In this document: positions 58,845-64,000 of the stretch, piece after piece
Layout of the letters: each line of letters begins with the position of its first letter
How positions within the stretch are numbered: the first letter of the stretch is position 1
NCBI GenBank assembly: GCA_045592705.1
Contig: JAZNVG010000029.1
Location: 3,704 to 67,703 of the forward strand
DNA length: 64,000 nt
Direction: 5' to 3'
Origin: Acutalibacteraceae bacterium
GTDB lineage: Bacteria; Bacillota; Clostridia; Oscillospirales; Acutalibacteraceae
The notes under the pieces: model-generated
Told to the model about the DNA's origin: nothing
The model's database searches: none
Seen by the model: the letters and a program-made list of their open reading frames with translations, nothing else
Program-made: the position numbers and the translations under genes

Positions 58845-60680
58845 GTGAAAGACTTGGCTGGCGAAAAGAAACAATCTGTGCTTAACGGTGCAATGGTGCT
58901 GGCGTTTGGTGTAATCCTTGTTAAAATTATCGGCGTTTTCTTCAAAATTCCGTTTACGGATATGGTAGGAAGTGTCGGCAGAGGTTACTTTAACTCTGCT
59001 TACGAAATTTACACACCGATTTTTGCAATTTCAATGGCGGGTCTGCCCGTTGCTGTTGCAAGACTTATTGCGGAAAATGTTGCCCTTGAAAAATATCGCG
59101 AGGTTGAAAGTGTTTTTAAAGTGGCTAAAAAACTTTTCCTCGTTGTGGGTTTCGTGGGCACGGCTGTACTTGCTCTGATTGCTTATCCTTACTGTAAGTA
59201 TTATGCAGATATACGTAATCTTCCGGCAATTTTCTGCATTGCTCCCGCTGTTTTCTTCTGTTGCCTTATGTCGGCATACAGAGGTTATTATGAGGGCTTG
59301 CGAAATATGAAGCCCACGGCTATGTCGCAGGTTATTGAGGCAACCGGAAAGCTTTGCGTCGGACTTGTTCTTGCGTATGTTTTCGTTTGGATTGGCGAGC
59401 GTCAGTTTGCGGCGGGTATGGCAGCTTCCGGCGATACGGTTGCAACTGTTTTCGGTGTTGAGGTGACAAGCCGTACACAAGCGAATAATGATGCCATTTA
59501 TCCCTGGGCTGCGGCAGGTGCCGTGCTCGGTGTTACAATGGGCTCGGTGCTCAGCACACTTTCTCTGATAATTTATCACAAGGTTAAAGGTCAGGCTTTT
59601 GACCGTGTTCAGCTTGTCAATTCGCCTGCGGCAACGCCCGATAAAGAGCTTGTCCGCACAATGATAAGCATTGCCGTTCCCATGGTTGTCAGCTCTCTGA
59701 TCCTTAACGTAACAAATCTTATTGATACAACAACAATTCAGGCGCGTATCGCAACGGCTATTGAAGCGGATTACAATTATATCTTTAATATGTATGCTCC
59801 TTCGATTAATGCCGCTGTTGCTGCCGACAGACTTGACCTTTCGGACAATGCAAACCTTGTCAAGTATCTGTGGGGCGCATACGGCTCGGCTCTCGATTTC
59901 AGAAACCTGATTCCCACAATCACCGTTCAGCTCGGTGTAAGCGCTTTGCCTGCACTTGCGGCGGCTTGGGCAATCAAGGATAAAGAAAATTGCAAGTCCA
60001 CCGTTGAAACCGTTCTCAGGGTTGCAATGATGATTGCTTTGCCTGCAGGCTTCGGTATGGCAGTGCTCGCACAGCCGATTCTTACCATTCTTTACGGCAG
60101 GGGAGAGAATTCCGACGCGATTGCCATTATTGTGCCGATTATGGCAGCTTACGGAATTGCAACGGGTCTTATGGCTGTTTCCACTCCTATTACAAATATG
60201 CTTCAGGCAATCGGCAGAACAGATATTCCCGTCAAGTCCGTTATCGTCGGTGCTATTGTAAAGGTTGCCTGCAACTATATTCTTGTCGGTAATCCCAGAT
60301 TCAATATTTACGGAGCGGTAATCGGTACGGTTTTGTTCTATGTTGTAATTGTCAGCTTCAACCTCGTTTCACTTCTGCGCATTTCCAAGGTCAGACCCCA
60401 GTGGCTTTCGGTTATTGTCAAACCTTTTGTCAGTGCGGTGCTTTGTGCGGCTGCAGCTTACGCGACAAACGGCCTTCTGTGCAAGGTTTTACCTGCAGGC
60501 GACCCGACCGGTATCCTCAACGGTTCAACGTTTGCAGCTGTTGTTTCCATCGGTGTTGCGGTAGTTGTTTATGCAGTTTCAATGATTTTGTGCAAGGGCC
60601 TTGTGAAAGATGATATAATTTCACTTCCGAAAGGCAAAAAAATTGCAAAAGCTCTTGAAAAATATAGACTTTTGGGTTAG
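58845..60680 (+). CDS. SpoVB/YabM-like polysaccharide flippase (MOP superfamily)
   Basis: VKIIGVFFKIP, GLPVAVARL, YRGYYEG, SQVIE; position before mazG-hup-yabOPQ. Confidence 0.88.
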   Translation: MKDLAGEKKQSVLNGAMVLAFGVILVKIIGVFFKIPFTDMVGSVGRGYFNSAYEIYTPIFAISMAGLPVAVARLIAENVALEKYREVESVFKVAKKLFLVVGFVGTAVLALIAYPYCKYYADIRNLPAIFCIAPAVFFCCLMSAYRGYYEGLRNMKPTAMSQVIEATGKLCVGLVLAYVFVWIGERQFAAGMAASGDTVATVFGVEVTSRTQANNDAIYPWAAAGAVLGVTMGSVLSTLSLIIYHKVKGQAFDRVQLVNSPAATPDKELVRTMISIAVPMVVSSLILNVTNLIDTTTIQARIATAIEADYNYIFNMYAPSINAAVAADRLDLSDNANLVKYLWGAYGSALDFRNLIPTITVQLGVSALPALAAAWAIKDKENCKSTVETVLRVAMMIALPAGFGMAVLAQPILTILYGRGENSDAIAIIVPIMAAYGIATGLMAVSTPITNMLQAIGRTDIPVKSVIVGAIVKVACNYILVGNPRFNIYGAVIGTVLFYVVIVSFNLVSLLRISKVRPQWLSVIVKPFVSAVLCAAAAYATNGLLCKVLPAGDPTGILNGSTFAAVVSIGVAVVVYAVSMILCKGLVKDDIISLPKGKKIAKALEKYRLLG

Positions 60681-60692
60681 AATAGTAACAAT

Positions 60693-61505
60693 ATGTCGGA
60701 GGTTCCTGAGTTGAATAATTTTGAATATAAGAATAATTATACTGTCACAGACCTTCTTGAGATAATGCGTGTCCTTCGTGCTCCCGGCGGTTGCCCTTGG
60801 GATGCGGAGCAGACACACGAAAGCATCAAGAAAAATCTGATTGAAGAAACCTACGAGGTAATCGAGGCAATCAACAAGCAGGATAACGACCTTCTTTGTG
60901 AAGAACTCGGCGACTTGCTTATGCAGGTTGTTTTTCACGCTCAGATGGAAACCGAGAAGGGCACCTTCGGCTTTGATGAAATTTGTGACGGAATCTGTAA
61001 AAAGCTTATTGAGCGTCATCCTCATGTTTTTGCCGATGTCGAGGTTTCAGGCGTTGATGATGTGCTTACAAACTGGGATGCAATCAAGCGCCGTACAAAG
61101 GGGCAGAAAACAACGGGCGACTCAATGCAGAGTGTGCCGCGCGAGCTGCCTGCACTTATGCGCGCAACAAAGCTTCAGAAAAAAGCGGCAGATGTCGGCT
61201 TTGACTGGAACGATGTTTCGGGTGCTCTCGACAAACTCAGTGAGGAAATCGGCGAGCTCAAGGAAGCTATTGCTTCCGGTCAGCAGACTTGTATGCTTGA
61301 TGAATTGGGAGATGTTCTTTTCTCTGCCGTCAATGTTTCACGCTTTATTAAATGTGATGCTGAAGAAGCACTCACCGCCGCTTCCGATAAGTTTATGAAC
61401 CGTTTTCTTGCGGTTGAAAAAATGGCGGCTGAGCAGGGGATTGATATGAAAGAATCTTCTCTTGAAGAGTTGGACAGGCTTTGGGATAAAGCCAAATTAA
61501 TCTGA
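60693..61505 (+). CDS. mazG: Nucleoside triphosphate pyrophosphohydrolase MazG
   Basis: GGCPWDAEQT, EETYEV, EELGDLL, RHPHVF, DELGDVLF. Confidence 0.95.
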   Translation: MSEVPELNNFEYKNNYTVTDLLEIMRVLRAPGGCPWDAEQTHESIKKNLIEETYEVIEAINKQDNDLLCEELGDLLMQVVFHAQMETEKGTFGFDEICDGICKKLIERHPHVFADVEVSGVDDVLTNWDAIKRRTKGQKTTGDSMQSVPRELPALMRATKLQKKAADVGFDWNDVSGALDKLSEEIGELKEAIASGQQTCMLDELGDVLFSAVNVSRFIKCDAEEALTAASDKFMNRFLAVEKMAAEQGIDMKESSLEELDRLWDKAKLI

Positions 61506-61559
61506 ATATGCAATACTTCGGTATTTCATAAAATATACTTAAACACAAGGAGTAAACAA

Positions 61560-61835
61560 ATGAATAAGTCAGATCTCGTAAATGCTATTGCAGCAAAAGA
61601 AGGAATTGAAAAGAAGTGCGCAGAAAAGGCAGTTAACGCTGTTGTTGCAGCTGTTGCTGATGCTCTTGCAAACGGTGAAAAAGTTCAGCTTGTCGGCTTC
61701 GGCACATTCGAAGTACACGCTCGCGCTGAAAAGAAATGCCGTAACCCCAAGACCGGCGAAGCTATCACCGTTGCCGCTACAAAGGTTCCCGTATTCAAGG
61801 CTGGCAAGGCTCTCAAGGATAAGGTTGCTGAATAA
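61560..61835 (+). CDS. hup: Histone-like DNA-binding protein HU
   Basis: MNKSDLV, VQLVGFGTF, RNPKTGE, VPVFKAGKALK. Confidence 0.97.
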   Translation: MNKSDLVNAIAAKEGIEKKCAEKAVNAVVAAVADALANGEKVQLVGFGTFEVHARAEKKCRNPKTGEAITVAATKVPVFKAGKALKDKVAE

Positions 61836-61893
61836 TTAAAATTTCAATTTCGGGGCCGGTTATCGGCTCCGAAAATTTTTTCGGGAGGATTTT

Positions 61894-62136
61894 ATGCGTC
61901 TTGACAAATATCTTAAGGTTTCCAGAATAATCAAAAGAAGAACCGTTGCAAACGAAGCTTGTGATGCAAAGCACGTAACCGTCAACGGAAAGGTTGCCCG
62001 TGCTTCTTATGAGGTGAAGGTCGGCGATGTTATTGAACTCACTTTCGGTGAAAATAAAAACCGTTTTGAAGTGTTGAGCATTTCCGAACACGCCAAAAAA
62101 GAAGAGGCGGCAATGATGTATAAACCTCTGAAATAA
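61894..62136 (+). CDS. yabO: S4-domain RNA-binding protein (YabO/RqcP)
   Basis: MRLDKYLKVSRIIKRRTVANEAC. Confidence 0.93.
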   Translation: MRLDKYLKVSRIIKRRTVANEACDAKHVTVNGKVARASYEVKVGDVIELTFGENKNRFEVLSISEHAKKEEAAMMYKPLK

Positions 62137-62144
62137 TTTATCGG

Positions 62145-62174
62145 TCATATTTTAAAACTCTTGCACATATCAAT
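62145..62174 (+). promoter_or_regulatory. SigE-like promoter of yabPQ
   Basis: TCATATT-14 nt-CATATCAAT; yabPQ is SigE-controlled in B. subtilis. Confidence 0.6.
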
Positions 62175-62209
62175 TGTGTAAGAGTTTTATTTTTGAAAGG
62201 ACTGATTAT

Positions 62210-62488
62210 ATGGAGGAAAAAAAGACTGTTTCTTTACCGCATAATGTTATAATGGAGGACAGGCGATTGCTCACGGTTTCGGGTGTCAACGATGTTGACA
62301 GCTTTGATGAGCAGACTGTAATTGTTTTTACCGAAATGGGAGAGCTTACGGTGCGCGGAAGTGACTTGCATATAAACCGCCTGAGTGTTGAGGTTGGCGA
62401 ACTGCTCATAGAGGGTAAAATCGTTTCTTTGGCTTATTCGGATGAAGCGCCTCGAAACGGCGGCTTTTTCTCTAAGGTGTTCAGATAA
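62210..62488 (+). CDS. yabP: Sporulation protein YabP
   Basis: VSGVNDVDSFDE, GELTVRGSDLHI, GKIVSLAY. Confidence 0.93.
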   Translation: MEEKKTVSLPHNVIMEDRRLLTVSGVNDVDSFDEQTVIVFTEMGELTVRGSDLHINRLSVEVGELLIEGKIVSLAYSDEAPRNGGFFSKVFR

Positions 62489-62490
62489 CA

Positions 62491-63036
62491 ATGGTATATA
62501 TCAGCTCACTTGCACAGCAGACACGGCTGTTTCTTTATGCTTTCGGATTTGGTTTTATTCTCGGAATTCTTTACGATGTTTTTCGCACCGTTCGGTTGAT
62601 TTTTTCAAATTCGCGCATTGCCGCCTGGGTGGCGGATATTGTGTATTTTCTCTGCGTTTCTGTTTTTACCTTTGGCTTTGTACTTGTACTCAATTCCGGC
62701 AAGCTTCAAGGTTATGTGTTAATGGGTGAAATTCTTGGTTGGCTGGTGTATTATTTTTCAACCGGCAGTATTGCCGTCAGAGTTAGTAACGCTGTCATAA
62801 AAGCGGTCAGAACGGTTTCATACAGTGCTTTCAGTGCCGCAAAACGGCCGTTTGTGTTTCTTGGCGGAAAAATTAAAAAGAAATGCAGAAAAACAACAGT
62901 TTTTTTCAAAAAAACCTTAAGAAAATTTAAGAAAAATAACAAAATGCTATTGCAAAATCAACACAATATATTGTATAATATAAAAGAATTAATGCATTCC
63001 GAACCAGAGGCTGATTATGACAACAACAAAACATAA
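62491..63036 (+). CDS. yabQ: Spore cortex biosynthesis protein YabQ
   Basis: GFILGILYDVFR, membrane helices, follows yabP. Confidence 0.88.
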   Translation: MVYISSLAQQTRLFLYAFGFGFILGILYDVFRTVRLIFSNSRIAAWVADIVYFLCVSVFTFGFVLVLNSGKLQGYVLMGEILGWLVYYFSTGSIAVRVSNAVIKAVRTVSYSAFSAAKRPFVFLGGKIKKKCRKTTVFFKKTLRKFKKNNKMLLQNQHNILYNIKELMHSEPEADYDNNKT

Positions 63037-63322
63037 CACCCACAACAGAAAACGCAGTGTTATACTAACCGTGCTTTTGCTCGCGTTGGTCTGTTATTTT
63101 GTTGCCACTCTGGTCAATCTTCAGACAAAGGTCAAGGCGCAAGAGGCTGTCAATGCATCATATTCCGAGCAGTATGAGGCTCAGCTTGCCGAAAACGCAG
63201 ATCTTCAGGCTGTTATTGAAAGCGGCGATGAAGAGGAATACATCGAACGTATCGCAAGAGAAGAGTATGGCTATGTAATGCCCGATGAAAGGGTTTATTA
63301 CGATTCGGCATACTTAAATTAA
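63017..63322 (+). CDS. divIC: Septum formation initiator (DivIC/FtsB family)
   Basis: Single TM, coiled coil, YIERIAREEYGYVMPDE. Confidence 0.85.
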   Translation: MTTTKHNTHNRKRSVILTVLLLALVCYFVATLVNLQTKVKAQEAVNASYSEQYEAQLAENADLQAVIESGDEEEYIERIAREEYGYVMPDERVYYDSAYLN

Positions 63323-63340
63323 GGGAGGACTTCTTTCTTT

Positions 63341-63808
63341 ATGCAAATTGAGGAAGGTGCAATTTTCAGCGGCAAAGTTACCGGCCTTACCGATTTCGGT
63401 GCTTTTGTTGAGCTTGAGTGCGGAAAAACCGGTATGGTACATATCTCAGAGGTTGCTCAGACTTATGTAAAAGATATTAAGGAACATTTGTCGCTTAATC
63501 AGGAAGTCAGAGTTATGGTTCTCTCTGTAAGTCCCGAGGGAAAAATCAGCTTGTCAATTAAAAAATTGCTTGATCAGGAAGCTCCCGCTCAGCCGAAGCC
63601 TTCAACCCGTCCCTCACGTCCCAGACAGGAAAGACGCTCTCCGCCTGTTTGGCAGGGCAATAAATCCGCCCCCGTGGCAGAGCATCAGTCTTTTGAGGAT
63701 ATGATGGCGCATTTCAAGCAGGTCAGTGATGAGAAAATGACCGACCTCAAGCGTTCAAGCGAGTCAAAGCGCGGCGGTTATTCGCGCCGTGGCGGAAACA
63801 AACAGTAA
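63341..63808 (+). CDS. yabR: S1 RNA-binding domain protein (YabR-like)
   Basis: GKVTGLTDFGAFV, GMVHISEV, ISLSIK, SFEDMM..F...S. Confidence 0.9.
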   Translation: MQIEEGAIFSGKVTGLTDFGAFVELECGKTGMVHISEVAQTYVKDIKEHLSLNQEVRVMVLSVSPEGKISLSIKKLLDQEAPAQPKPSTRPSRPRQERRSPPVWQGNKSAPVAEHQSFEDMMAHFKQVSDEKMTDLKRSSESKRGGYSRRGGNKQ

Positions 63809-63815
63809 TTAATTC

Positions 63816-63843
63816 GGGCAGACTTTTTGTCTGCCCTTTTTTT
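63816..63843 (+). terminator. Intrinsic terminator
   Basis: GGGCAGAC / GTCTGCCC + T run. Confidence 0.88.
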
Positions 63844-63853
63844 GGTGATATTT

Positions 63854-64000
63854 ATGAGTGTTCGTGAAATTGATGTCAGTTTAGTAAGGGCTGTTGTAAG
63901 CGAGCTTTGCATTAAGGCAAATAAGATTTTGCCGGCCGACCTTTGTGACCTGATCTGTGAAGGAAAATGCCGTGAAACTCAAGAGCTTGCAAAAACAGTG
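63854..64000 (+). CDS. Class I fumarate hydratase / tartrate dehydratase alpha subunit, 3'-partial
   Basis: MSVREIDVSLVRAVVSELCIKANKILP resembles the FumA/TtdA alpha N-terminus; runs off the window. Confidence 0.7.
   Translation, partial: MSVREIDVSLVRAVVSELCIKANKILPADLCDLICEGKCRETQELAKTV

Noticed and set aside
60693-61505. mazG as partner of the orphan mazF (mazEFG system)
   Set aside because: 34 kb away and in its usual yabM-yabN-hup-yabO housekeeping context

Overview
A mostly core-genome window from a spore-forming Clostridia bacterium. Gene content and order (sipL, yabP/yabQ, ispH-rpsA fusion, single-chain purL) suggest Oscillospirales; this is an inference. From left to right it holds a purine operon ending in guaB; a small metabolic/sporulation patch; an ECF sigma / anti-sigma / serpin / mosaic-lipoprotein operon; an antitoxin-less mazF beside nnr-acpS; T-box-controlled pheST; a GH95 fucosidase; rpiR-cmk-plsC-ispH/rpsA; recJ-rel-dtd-hemZ; and the yabM-mazG-hup-yabOPQ-divIC-yabR block. 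The most unusual part is 44.8-49.1 kb. A 5'-truncated tRNA-Ser(GGA) is followed by three tandem copies of a non-coding repeat that delimit two single-gene cassettes: a GH78 rhamnosidase with an in-frame amber stop, and an aldo/keto reductase flanked by 51-bp 50/51-identical direct repeats. The two full copies carry a near-identical outward-facing promoter, and no integrase lies in the window. Other notable items are an internal AAGGAGGT+ATG at the IspH/S1 junction and the serpin operon. All family assignments come from motif recognition by eye; no database searches were run.
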